A stretch of 62,890 nt of DNA, counting the filler, from Reclinomonas americana ATCC 50394 (lineage: Eukaryota): the NCBI GenBank assembly GCA_048213135.1. It is 7 parts of 4 records of this genome, joined end to end, with 100 filler letters (N's around TTAATTAATTAA, not from the genome) between each part and the next. Parts side by side here need not be neighbours in the genome. Positions count along the whole stretch, not along the records: positions 20,591 to 40,373 come from PS015509.1; positions 40,474 to 45,405 come from PS015510.1; positions 45,506 to 51,169 come from PS015510.1; 4 more parts are not named here. The stretch is one strand, 5' to 3'. The translations under genes were made by a program, and so were the position numbers. Position 1 is the first letter of the stretch. Each line of letters starts with the position of its first letter. Below the pieces are notes generated by a model that worked only from the letters and a program-made list of their open reading frames with translations, was not told the DNA's origin and made no database searches. Shown here in pieces: positions 36,823 through 50,857 of this stretch.

Positions 36823-37115
36823 CCCCTCTCTCTCTATTTGCTGTACGCACCACTGTTGCGCCCTGACGAGTGCGAGCCCACCTGCTGCTCCTTCTCCAGC
36901 ACAGTCACCGAGCAGTCAGGGAAGCTGAGAGAAAGAGACAAGTAAGACACACTCTTTCTCTCCCTCTCTCTCTCTCTCACACACACACACCGATGCCTGA
37001 GCTCTCGCGCACAAGAGAGACCCACTATGCCTCCACCAACCACCAGAAAGTCAGTGGAACGCGGAAGACTCCTTGTGACAGAGGAGGAGGTGCTCAGTGA
37101 TCGCAGAAACAACAT
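34871..37115 (-). CDS. L2HGDH: L-2-hydroxyglutarate dehydrogenase/oxidase (DAO-family FAD oxidoreductase, LhgO-like)
   Basis: DFLVVGGGIVGLSCAREL, VLEKE, HSSGRNSG|VLHAGFYY, CGKLVV, NCAGLQADRVA, YPVP...LGIHFT, IGPTA, AGIRAQL, HILNAISPAFT. The S/R/T-rich N-terminus resembles a mitochondrial presequence. Five exons. Confidence 0.9.
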
Positions 37116-37177
37116 GCAAAATAAAATTTGTAATGTTCACTGTCCGTGTTTGTCTCTCAATCAATCGCGCCCACACT

Positions 37178-39964
<2,787 letters not shown>

Positions 39965-40224
39965 GACCGCGTGGGTGGAGGCGGCAAGAAGTGGGGCGGA
40001 GTCGACGCTGGGAAGGGGAGGGAGGGGGGGAAGGGGAGGGAGGGGGGGAAGGGGAGGGAGGGGGGAAGGGGAGGGAGGGAGGTGAGTGAAAGGGAGAGGG
40101 AGAGGGAGAGGGAGAGGGAGAGGGAGAGGGAGAGGGAGAGGGAGAGGGAGAGGAGGATAGCTGTCCTCTGATTCTCGAATTGTAGCGATTTTCAGGAGTC
40201 TCTCACAGGCAGCTAAGAGACAGA

Positions 40225-40373
<149 letters not shown>

Positions 40374-40878
40374 NNNNNNNNNNNNNNNNNNNNNNNNNNN
40401 NNNNNNNNNNNNNNNNNTTAATTAATTAANNNNNNNNNNNNNNNNNNNNNNNNNNNNNNNNNNNNNNNNNNNNAGAGATACTTTACGGCGCGCGCGGGCC
40501 CTTTTCTGGGCGTGCAGGAAGAAAATACGACGCATAGACTGTGTTATTTGTTTATGGCAGAAGCTTAGAAGTTGCTCGGCAAACGGGATGACACACACAA
40601 TTGTACACACACACACTCACACCAATGTAAAAGAATGATGACTAATCAGAAACGTCATGCAACGGTCACATGTGGCGGGAACGTGATATCTCATCTTGTC
40701 GCTCGCGATCATTGGCCGCGTTCACGCTCACGCACACATTGAAAGCTGCGCGCGCGCGCTCTTCGCCACCAACGGTACAGTGCGCGTGAGACAAGAAGAA
40801 TCGTGTGTGCGTGTGAAGAGAGAGCGCGTGTGTGTGTGAGAGGATCGCTCATTTTCTTTGTTGTTGATATTGACAGAC

Positions 40879-41455
40879 ATGAGGAGGAGAGCAGCTGTGA
40901 CAACAATCGCGCTCGTCTTGCTGTGTGTGCTCTGCGCTGCGACACTGGTGGAGCTCGTGGAATCGCGCTCCACTCGCGCCCACAAGTCACGCACGCGATC
41001 ACGGAGGAGAGCAGCAGCAGAGGAGGTGGAGGAGGTGGAGCAGTTTGTGACGACCGAGGGCACTCGTGAGTGGGCATGAAGTGTGTGTGTTTTCGCGCCC
41101 TCATGCTCATGCAGTGTGGTGCACAGAACGACCGCCTGTGCGACTGAGTGACTCACGTGCGCGATACGTGTTCCCACCGGTGCCGATGAACGAGCAGGGA
41201 GCGGGCGATGGCGAGAACACGTCATCGAGCGAGCCGCAGCCGCAAGTGGAGGACAACGAGGCCGCTCCTGTGCACTGCACGGCCGAGCAGCGTCGCATGT
41301 GTGTGAATCGGTTGCAGCGGCTGCAGTACTTCCGCAGCATGGCGCCTGTGGGACCCGAGTACAGGAAGAAGCTGCCGAGTGTGGAGGCCAAGTACAAGTG
41401 GTGCATTCAGACGTGTGGCTCGCCCGAGGCGGTGGCCGTGCAGGAGGGGGTGTGA
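40879..41455 (+). CDS. Small secreted protein with a C-terminal 4-Cys domain
   Basis: Signal peptide MRRRAAVTTIALVLLCVLCAATLVELVES. One intron (about 41066-41126). C-terminal HCTAEQRRMCVNRL...YKWCIQTCG. Confidence 0.6.
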
Positions 41456-41498
41456 GGCGTGGCGAGAGGAAGTGAAGAGTTTCACTCGCTTGCTTCTG

Positions 41499-44259
41499 TC
41501 ATCTCACTTCGGCGGGCGAGAACACGAGCTGCACGTGCAGTGGCAGTGGAGTGAGTGATGGGTGGCGATGGGTGGCGGTACAGTACACTTGCACGCACCT
41601 TCCACAGGTTGTCCAGGTCGCTGTCGCTCATGAACGATTTGCGCACCGGCGGCAACGGCAGCGGAGGTGGGTTGCGAGAGAACTGTGCGGAAAAGGCAGT
41701 GGTGAGTGTCTCCAGCGCGTCGTCTCGTTCCATGCAGCGTTCGCTTCTCACCGAGCGCAGCGAGATGACCTCCTGCCGATGGCGAAGGTACGCAGGCACT
41801 CGCGAAATAACGTCCTTTTTGTGTCGCATGTAGATGGCGTAGATGTAGGCCTCGGTGGCGTCGGTGTGTGGCTGCAGGTTGTCGAGAGCAACAATGATGT
41901 GGTCCACCACTGCCGCCTGCTCCACGAGTCGTGCGATCGTTGCCTCCTCATCCCCATCCTCGTCATCGACACCGTCGTCCAGGATCCGCGCTCGCTTGGC
42001 CCGATCTCCACCTTCGTCGTCGCCGCCGCTGCTGTCTCCTTGCACTCGCCTTCGCAGCTCCTGCAGACGACGACGACGAAAGTATCGCCCCCACTGGCGC
42101 CGCAGCAACTCGATGCGCGCGCGGCGACAGTTGAGCCAGCATGTGACAATGGACATGGTTTTGCGAACTATGCGCGGAGGGAGAACGAGGTGAGTTCTTC
42201 ATGCGTTTGTATGCAGGCATGGATGGAGACGCAACTTCGTCCAATGGTGTACTTGAGGCCCTCCATGATACGTCGCCGAGCCGTCTGAGCCTCAAAGGTC
42301 TCGCGCAAGGCGCGAACCGCCAGCCGCTTGCGTGCGATGCGAATGTTGATGCTGATGCGCAGGCTGCAGCGGTAGATCAAGATGGCCAGGCGCCGCTTGA
42401 ACCGCAGCACGCGAAGCTTGACCACGGGGTAGAAGCGCTTTTGTAGCACCCGTGCGGCACGATCGCGTCGCTTTCGTCGTGCGTTGGCCACTCGGAAGTA
42501 CTGCCGTGCAACAACGACAACAGTGAGGAAGCAGCAGGTGGGAGTTGGAGGAGGAGTGAAAGTGGGTCTGCACGCAACGCTGAGATAGTTCTTCCACTTT
42601 TCCACTCGCAACATGAATTGTATGAAGAACAACCTGACCGCGCGGGATGCATGTCAGACGCAGGCGCGCGGAGAAAGAGAAGGCCATAGACTGCACGTAA
42701 CCAATACTGCTGACAGCGTCGCACGCCAGGCAGCTCGCGTAGGATGTACTCTTTCTTTTGCACCGCCTGTGCACGCAAGCAAGGTGGACCGTGAGTCCCT
42801 CCGTTGCTTGGAACGCGACAACAGCGAGCAAAACTGACCTCCTCCTGTTTCTCCAACAGGTTGCACTCGCGTCGGCGCAGTTCCGCGTGCCGCTCTCCCA
42901 CGTGGTGATCGTGACGGTCAAGTGCTGCACGAATACGAGCCTCCTCATCCGTCCACTGTCGCAATGAAAGAAGAGAGCGTGAGAAGACACCGACAACTGT
43001 ATACGAAATCGATCCAGCAGTACCTGTTCCACGGCACGCTGAAACGAGTACGCTGATGCCGCGTCCTTGTTTGCCTTGATAATGTCGGCGTTGGCCACGC
43101 GAAACTCGCTAGCGCGCTGAGCCCTCTCGGCCAGGGTGCGATCTGCGTGCCCCTCGCGCCCGCGGTGAGTGGGTGGTGAAGACAAGAGTGCGAACGTGGA
43201 GAATGGTGACGAACCCACGGACACGTACAGGTCGTGTCGCTGTGAGGACGACTCGCGAACGGCTTCGAAGCGTGCCTCCAGCCGCTGCAGGGCAGTCATT
43301 TGCCGGCGGACGGGTGACTTGCGCGGTTGGCCACGACGAGGGTCGTGGTGACCTGCCGAGCGAGAAAGTGAGATCGAGAGAAGAATGAGTCGCCTGTGAT
43401 GCTTGTTTCAGTCACGCAACCCTTGTCTGTCGGTGAGTCGCTCTCGTGCGGTGACGAAGATGTGCCGCCGTGCATGGGCCGATCATGACCCGGGCCATCT
43501 GAGCACCAGCAAAAAACATGTTCAGTGCACCGCCGTGACCGCGCGCGACACACTTTGGCAACAAGGACAGACCTCGATGGTTAATGGCCGCGATCATGGT
43601 CTCCATCTCGCTGCGAAAGTGGGCCGACGACGGCGACTGTGCGGAGGCGTCGCCGGAGAACCGTGATCCCGATCGTGAGTGATGCGATGGTGGCCGGTGC
43701 TGCTGCGGCTGCTTCTGCTGTTGTTGGTGGTGGTGGTGATCACGATCACAGTGGATCTCGTCGAGTCCGACGAGGCCTCCCGATCCCGCGCCCACTGCGG
43801 TGGCCGGTCGGCGGAGAAACTCGAGCGACGAAATGACAGCGCGGTACTGGTGGTTGGCCTCGGCCAACACGGCGGCGCGCGCAGCAGGCGAGCCCGCCGA
43901 GTGCAGTGATTTTCGTCGCTCGTGAGCCGCCACGGCCGCATATGCGGGCGGCAGTTGTGACACATCTTTCGTTTGCAACGAGGCCAGGAAGCGCTCGACG
44001 TTGGGTAGTGAGGGGCGGCGCTGCAAATGAGACAGAGAGAGTATGAGGATGGCAGTTGATGAGAAAGAAACGCATGCGTTTCTCGCAATCACACCTCGCG
44101 ATCGACATTGATGGGCGGCGGTGGTGGTGGCCGGCCTGCCACTGGATCTGCGGTGGACACGCGTTGCTTGGAGGCGTGGCCGTTGGCAGTGGAAGTGCGT
44201 CGATGACGACGCAGGGGCGCGGAGTGTGACTGGCTGCGTGTTTTGGTCGTCGGCTCCAT
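41499..44259 (-). CDS. Hypothetical basic/coiled-coil protein with an IQ-like motif
   Basis: Start MEPTTKTRSQ (44259) splices in frame to RRPSLPNVERFL. Later exons include RDRAARVLQKRFYP (IQ-like) and RRARIELLRRQW. About eight GT-AG introns. Confidence 0.55.
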
Positions 44260-45149
44260 TTTTTCTTATCTCGCGCGATCCGGACAATTGGTTCGAGTGA
44301 ATGGATCTGGATTGATTGAGGGGGAAAGGAAGAGGGGGAAGGAGACGGAGAGGAGGAGAGAGAGGAGGGGGAGGAGGGGTGAGGCAGGAGAAAGCTTCGA
44401 TATCGATCGCTGCGCATGCATGCGATCGCACGCGATTCGCCACGTACGCGTGCACCGCAGCGACTGTGTTTGGCCATGGAGTGTTGATGCAGCTCGCACA
44501 TGAAAGCAACTTGGGGTTCGATGCGCAGGATCCTGCAGCGTTCCGGATCCACGAAGTCGAATTCGAATTCGAAATCCCGCAGCGATCGTGCATGATCATC
44601 TCGAGCTCGGGCAGTTGCATGGTCACCCTCCGTCGCTGCTGAAGGAGGTATACGGTTGGTGCGTACGCCATGCTTCCGGACGACCCGTCGGTCCAGTCGT
44701 CGAGCAAGCGCCGAGATCGAATTCAAAGTCGGCCACAATCTCGCTGCCCGGCTCTCTCGCCGACGCGATTGCAGGCGACCTCAGCACTTGCGGTAGTGCG
44801 CTGAAGCTTTTCTCTCCTTCCCCTCTCACCACTGCACGAGCCACCAGCGTACGGCCGCGCGTGGGGTTGCACGTCGAATTCGAACAGAGTTTTCTCTTCC
44901 AATACATGTACATTTCAAAGATGTTGGGAAACTCCCGTGCCAAATTCACGTGCGCAACCACCCATCCTCCACACGCCCTCCTCTCACATCTCTGCACTAC
45001 GTCGCCCTCAACCCATGCTGGTATTAAAATACAATGTTTTGCCGAAAGTGGCCAAACAAGAAAACTGTGTGCAATTGTTTTCACGATCACGTGAGTGTGT
45101 TCGCAAGCCACACGCACATTCACACACGCACACTCTCCTATCGCTCCAT

Positions 45150-45192
<43 letters not shown>

Positions 45193-45578
45193 GGCGCATC
45201 CAGGCTTGGTGCGTGTCCGCATCAAAGCACTGCGTGTCCTGTGCTGTTTCTTAAGACTCGCATTTCACCCACACTGAACGCGCAGACTCTCGCACTCTCA
45301 CACGCACACCGCACACGCACACACACACTCTCTCTTCATTGACTCGCGCGTGAGAGACACGAAAAAGAGACACACAAACGACACGAGCGCATCCAGGTGA
45401 GTGTGNNNNNNNNNNNNNNNNNNNNNNNNNNNNNNNNNNNNNNNNNNNNTTAATTAATTAANNNNNNNNNNNNNNNNNNNNNNNNNNNNNNNNNNNNNNN
45501 NNNNNCCACCAGCAGCTGCAGGGAGCACGGGTCATACAAACTGTGAGGGTGAAAGGAAGGCAAGGGTGAGGGACTAAC

Positions 45579-47503
45579 CTGCGCCGCAGCGGCCGCAATC
45601 ACTCGCTCCGGCAAACCACCGCCAGCGGCCTTGGCGACGGAATCCAACGTGCCCGCATCCATGTTCTCCAGCAGCAGGTGAATGGAGTTGCTGACGACAA
45701 AGAAGCCAAAGTACTTGACGACGTTGCGATGCGACACCGACATCAGCACATTCAGTTCCTTGTCCACAGCGTCGCCCTCGCCGTCGATCTTCACCTCCTG
45801 GGGTGGGGGTGGGATGGGGGAAGGATGAGGGAGGAGGGTTGAGGGAGAGGGAGAGAGAGAAGGAGAGGGAGAGGGAGAGAGAGAAGGAGAGGGAGAGAGA
45901 GAGAGAGAAAGAGTGGGAGAGGGAGGGGCTAAGGGGAAGGAGAGGGAAGAGGGAGGAGGGAAGAGAGAAAGAGGGAAGAGAAAGAGAAAGAGAAAGAGGG
46001 AGAGGGAGAAGGAGAGGGAAGGAGAAGAGCGACAGCATGAAGAGAGAGAGAGAGAGCGAGCGCGCGGGAGAGAGAGACGATCGTCATGAGGCCTCCAAGA
46101 AGGCTCTCAACCACGAAAACAGAAGTCTGTACCAGAAAGCCACACTCAGAGTAATCCCACAGCAAGAAACAACTTGATCACGAAAACAATCGTCTCTGCC
46201 TCTGCGCATCACATCCAGAAAGACGAGTCTGGTCGAACAATTTCTCCTCACGGCGCGACAGAGAGTCCCGGCGCATTCTCGCGACCACCAAAGCATTGGC
46301 ATCTGAGTACACAGTCACGTCGAAACACAATCTCTCATTTGACAACTCAACGCGCGACAGAGGGTCTCTGTGCGTCACAACCAGAAAGACGAGTCTGAAT
46401 CCCTACACATGACACTCAAACGTGGACAGAGAAAAGGCCAGCAAGCAATCACTCGATCACGAAAGAGGCGCATCGCCACAAGAACGACGTGTCTCGTCTC
46501 TCCGCAGAACAACTCAAAACGCACAAAGGAGATTCACAAAAGCACATCCTCACTGCCTCTGCGCATTGCCACAGGAAGACGTAAACATGCCAGCGCAATC
46601 ACTCCACGTTACATGGAAGCAATCCTCACTGCCACAAGAAAGACGCCCTTAAACACGCCAGCGCAATCAATCTACGTTACATCACGGAAGCAACAGTCTC
46701 CCTATCAAGAAACAAGTCCTCAGACACGCCAGCACAATCACTCCACGTTACATCATGGTCTCTACCACAAGAAACACGTCCTCAGACACGCCAGCCCAGC
46801 TGAGCACATGTGGCGGACATCCGACAAGCACCGCCAGGACAACAACAGAAATCGCACCTGCTTCTGCCCCCCTTAATCCCTCATCCTCTCCTCCTCTCCC
46901 CTCTGTATGCTCAACACCTCACCTTGACAGCATACAGCTCTCCAGTGGCCTTGTGCCGACACAGCGACACAGTGGAGAAATTTCCCTCGCCCAAATCCCT
47001 GATCTTTTCAAAGTCCTCCGCTTGGAACGTGTTTCCCATGCTCGGATCGCCCTGTTGTATCCACAAAGCACAAAAAGGCAAACAAATAAAACAATGAGGA
47101 AAAAGTGGAAAAAGAGTGATTTGAGCGACTGAATATCTCAACTCATCAAGTCTCTCCAAGTTTGTCTCTCTCTCGCTCTCCCTCTCTCTCTCTCTCTCTA
47201 TGTGAGGTGTGTGTGCGTTTGTGTGAGGAGTTGTGTGATTCATGATGTATATTTACCTTGTGTTCAATCGCTTGCTGGTGATCGAGCATGTCCAATGCAC
47301 CACTGAACCTGTGTGTGCATACACATACACACAAGAGAGAGAGAGAGTGAGTGAGCAAGAGTGTGTGTGAGCAGTGAGAGAGAAAAGAGCCATTTTGTGA
47401 CATGGCGCGACATCTCGCAAAACAACTGCGCGTGTGTTTGCAGTGTGCGCAACTTTTCCTCTTGCGAGGGAACGACAATGTTCAACGAGGAAGGAGCTGC
47501 CAT
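45579..47503 (-). CDS. MAP kinase kinase (STE7/MEK family), 3' part missing in the gap
   Basis: EDFEKIRDLGEGNFSTVSLCRHKATGELYAVK|EVKID...DKELNVLMSVSHRNVVKYFGFF...LLLENMDAGTLD...LPERVIA. The short N-terminus carries an LNIVVP docking-like motif. Confidence 0.85.
46130..46800. repeat. Intronic degenerate tandem repeats in the MAP2K intron
   Basis: GCCAGC(G/A)CAATCA(C)TC(C/T)ACGTTACAT occurs three times (about 46588, 46656, 46727). CCAGAAAGACGAGTCTG occurs at about 46215 and 46381. Confidence 0.7.
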
Positions 47504-47851
47504 CTTCCCTTGTCTTCGTCTTGCAACACAGAAACACGGCGTGTCCTGCGCGTCGTCCGCCGTGCGACGTTCGTCGTAGGAGCTTGTCTGTGCGCGTGTG
47601 AGCGCGTGTACTATATGAGAGGGTACATTGCGTTACAAGAGGCACATCGCGTTGTGGCATCATGACTGATGTGAACGTCGACGTCGCGGATATCGAACGA
47701 CCATCTCACTCGCGTCTCACACCGAGTCGATCGCACTCACCTCCACCACTCTCTGCGCACTCTCCTCCTCTCCCTTCATCTCCACGCCCACACGAGTTTG
47801 TCCGATTTCATGTCCTGATCTTTTTCTCACTCGCTCTCTCACTCACTCAAG

Positions 47852-49680
47852 ATGAGCGCAACACGTCGCGCCTTCCTCAAGTCACTCCATGAGGCAAGCA
47901 GCAGTCGAGCGACCATCGCTCAGCAACGCGCAGCGGAGAAAACGAACAAATCACCACTCGGAGCAAGTTGAGAACAATCGCTCACACTCTTCTCACACAC
48001 TCTCTCTCACTCGTTCTTTCTCTCTCTCATTCTCTCTCACTCACTCTCGTTCTCTCTGACACTCACACACTCACACACTCACACACTCTGCACCTACTTT
48101 TTCTCTCATCACTCACACTCTTCTCCCCCGTCTCTTCTCCCCCCCTCCCTCCCCTCACTCACCCTCCCACTCGCACTCAGGAAAAGGCCAGCAACTCGGC
48201 AGCAACTGTATCTTGCCCGACGATTTGCTGTGTTCGGTTTTGTCCTTTCTCTCCCTGCGCGACTTTGTGCGCCTGTGGCGGTGTGCTTCGCGCGATTTCT
48301 GTCGCTGTTTCGAGCAGGCAATGATGGCATTGCCGGGTGGTGGCGATGCAGCCTCGCTCATGTCATTTCGCGGCGATCGGTCGTTTGTAGTTGGCGCCAT
48401 TGTGTTTCCGTATTGTCGCAAGCTGCTGCTCGATGGTGAGCGAGGGAAAAGGAGAGAAGAGGCGCTGTCTCTTTGTATTCTGACTCCTTGTGCGCTTTGC
48501 AGGATCGTCAATGTTCTGGGGATCGGAGGAACTGGAGGCGTTGCAGCAATCGCTGGCCGATCCGTCATCGCGACTGCGACGCAAGCTCATGTCCATGTCG
48601 CGCACGCTGACGCCGGCCACTGCTGCGTTTGAGGTCCGCATGGTCGGCTCGGCGACGCTGGTGAGCACGGCATTTTCCACCCACTGCCCTCGTTCTCTTC
48701 ATTCTGCTCACTCGCCACGCTACAGTACGCCTCGCTGCCGCCGGAACTCGACACGCTGTCGCTGCAAGTGTGGTCACCGGCGTGCCCCATTCAGCCGCTG
48801 TTTGTGCCACCCATTCGCGGAGCACTGCCACCCGTAGTTGCTGTTGAGGCGGCGGCGGCGGCGGAGGAGGAAGAGGTGCCACGAATGTGCACGCCGCTGC
48901 GCGCTCTGTGTCCGCGGCTGCGTACGTTGGTGCTCAGCGACTGCGATTTGTCGACGTTTGATGTGGCCACGCTGCCAAACACACTGCGTGATCTGTCGTT
49001 CATTCGCTGCTCGCTGCGTTCGCTCGACCTGGCGCGTCTCCGTTTTGTGCACGAACTGGAGACGCTCGATGTGTCGCACAATGAGCTGACGGCGCTGGAG
49101 GCGTGCGACTTGCCGCACACGTTGACGTCGCTGATTGTCGATCACAATCGCCTCACGGCGGTCGATGTACCGGCGCTGCCGCGGTTCCTCGTCACGCTCT
49201 CGGCAGAGCACAATGCACTGGCCGAGTTTGATGCCACCGACGCACCGGCATCGCTCCGCACACTGCATGTGAGCCACAATCGGCTGGAGACGTTTGATGC
49301 GCGATCGGTGAGTCCCTTGCCTTCTTTCCTCCCCGCTCATCGCCTCACTCGGTTTATTTATTGTGCAGCTCCCCTCCACGGTGACGTCGCTGGACTTGTC
49401 GCACAACTCGCTGGTGCTCCTCGACTGCGCCGACTCGCTGCCGGAGGCGCTTGTCGAGTTGCGCCTGACCGGCAATCGCATGCAGTACTTTGACATGGAA
49501 TCGGTGGCCGACGCATGTCCGCAACTGGAACAGCTGTGGTTGGGCGAGAACCAGTTGGAGGAATTGGACTGGGATCACCTGCCGCCCAGTCTGTACACGC
49601 TGGAGATTCGTGGCAATCGCGCACTCACACAGGCCGTCGGGCGCTGGCACGTACAGCGGGTGCCCAACTTGCGCTACTGA
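47852..49680 (+). CDS. F-box plus leucine-rich-repeat protein
   Basis: F-box ILPDDLLCSVLSFLSLRDFVRLWRCASRDF (about 48210-48300). LRRs include LRTLVLSDCDL, LETLDVSHNEL, LTSLIVDHNRL, LRTLHVSHNRL, VTSLDLSHNSL, LVELRLTGNRM and LEQLWLGENQL. Stop at 49680. Confidence 0.8.
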
Positions 49681-50857
49681 GAGGAACGGAGCTTGGTACA
49701 GTTCAGCCACTCTTTCGAGGACAGATGGCTCGTCCATGCACATTCAGCAGGTGTGTGTTCTTGGTCATGGGCGGCGGATGATTTCCGCGTCTTTGCATTG
49801 ACACCATCGCACAGCGTGCGACTGGCCTGCTCTCACTGCCAGCGAGCTCTCGACCTCGCTTCCATGCCCCAGCAAGCCATGAACACAACTTGTGTTCAAT
49901 ACGGGTCTCAGTGAAATCGACCCGTCAAGTTGCCATTTCTTTGTTGTATGACCCACAGCCGATCCTTCCTCGTCGTCTGCATACACCTGCCGGNNNNNNN
50001 NNNNNNNNNNNNNNNNNNNNNNNNNNNNNNNNNNNNNNNNNNNNNNNNNNNNNNNNNNNNNNNNNNNNNNNNNNNNNNNNNNNNNNNNNNNNNNNNNNNN
50101 NNNNNNNNNNNNNNNNNNNNNNNNNNNNNNNNNNNNNNNNNNNNNNNNNNNNNNNNNNNNNNNNNNNNNNNNNNNNNNNNNNNNNNNNNNNNNNNNNNNN
50201 NNNNNNNNNNNNNNNNNNNNNNNNNNNNNNNNNNNNNNNNNNNNNNNNNNNNNNNNNNNNNNNNNNNNNNNNNNNNNNNNNNNNNNNNNNNNNNNNNNNN
50301 NNNNNNNNNNNNNNNNNNNNNNNNNNNNNNNNNNNNNNNNNNNNNNNNNNNNNNNNNNNNNNNNNNNNNNNNNNNNNNNNNNNNNNNNNNNNNNNNNNNN
50401 NNNNNNNNNNNNNNNNNNNNNNNNNNNNNNNNNNNNNNNNNNNNNNNNNNNNNNNNNNNNNNNNNNNNNNNNNNNNNNNNNNNNNNNNNNNNNNNNNNNN
50501 NNNNNNNNNNNNNNNNNNNNNNNNNNNNNNNNNNNNNNNNNNNNNNNNNNNNNNNNNNNNNNNNNNNNNNNNNNNNNNNNNNNNNNNNNNNNNNNNNNNN
50601 NNNNNNNNNNNNNNNNNNNNNNNNNNNNNNNNNNNNNNNNNNNNNNNNNNNNNNNNNNNNNNNNTCCACTCTCTGTGCCTTCTCATTCCCCCTCTGACAA
50701 AGTCAATCTTCGCCGAAAGGCGTCATCAAAGCGATGGGAAAAGGGTCGAGCTGCGAAGCTCCCCTCCCGCCCCCTCCAACTGGAAACGAGAAGACGAAGA
50801 AGAAACATTATCATGGTTGCACTACTATAGCTAGCGACATGACGATCAGATCTGGAT

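Noticed and set aside
44920..44945. GGGAAACTCC as an RNase P/MRP conserved region I
   Set aside because: No matching CR-V or P4 pairing partner was identifiable, and the motif is too short to support a call.
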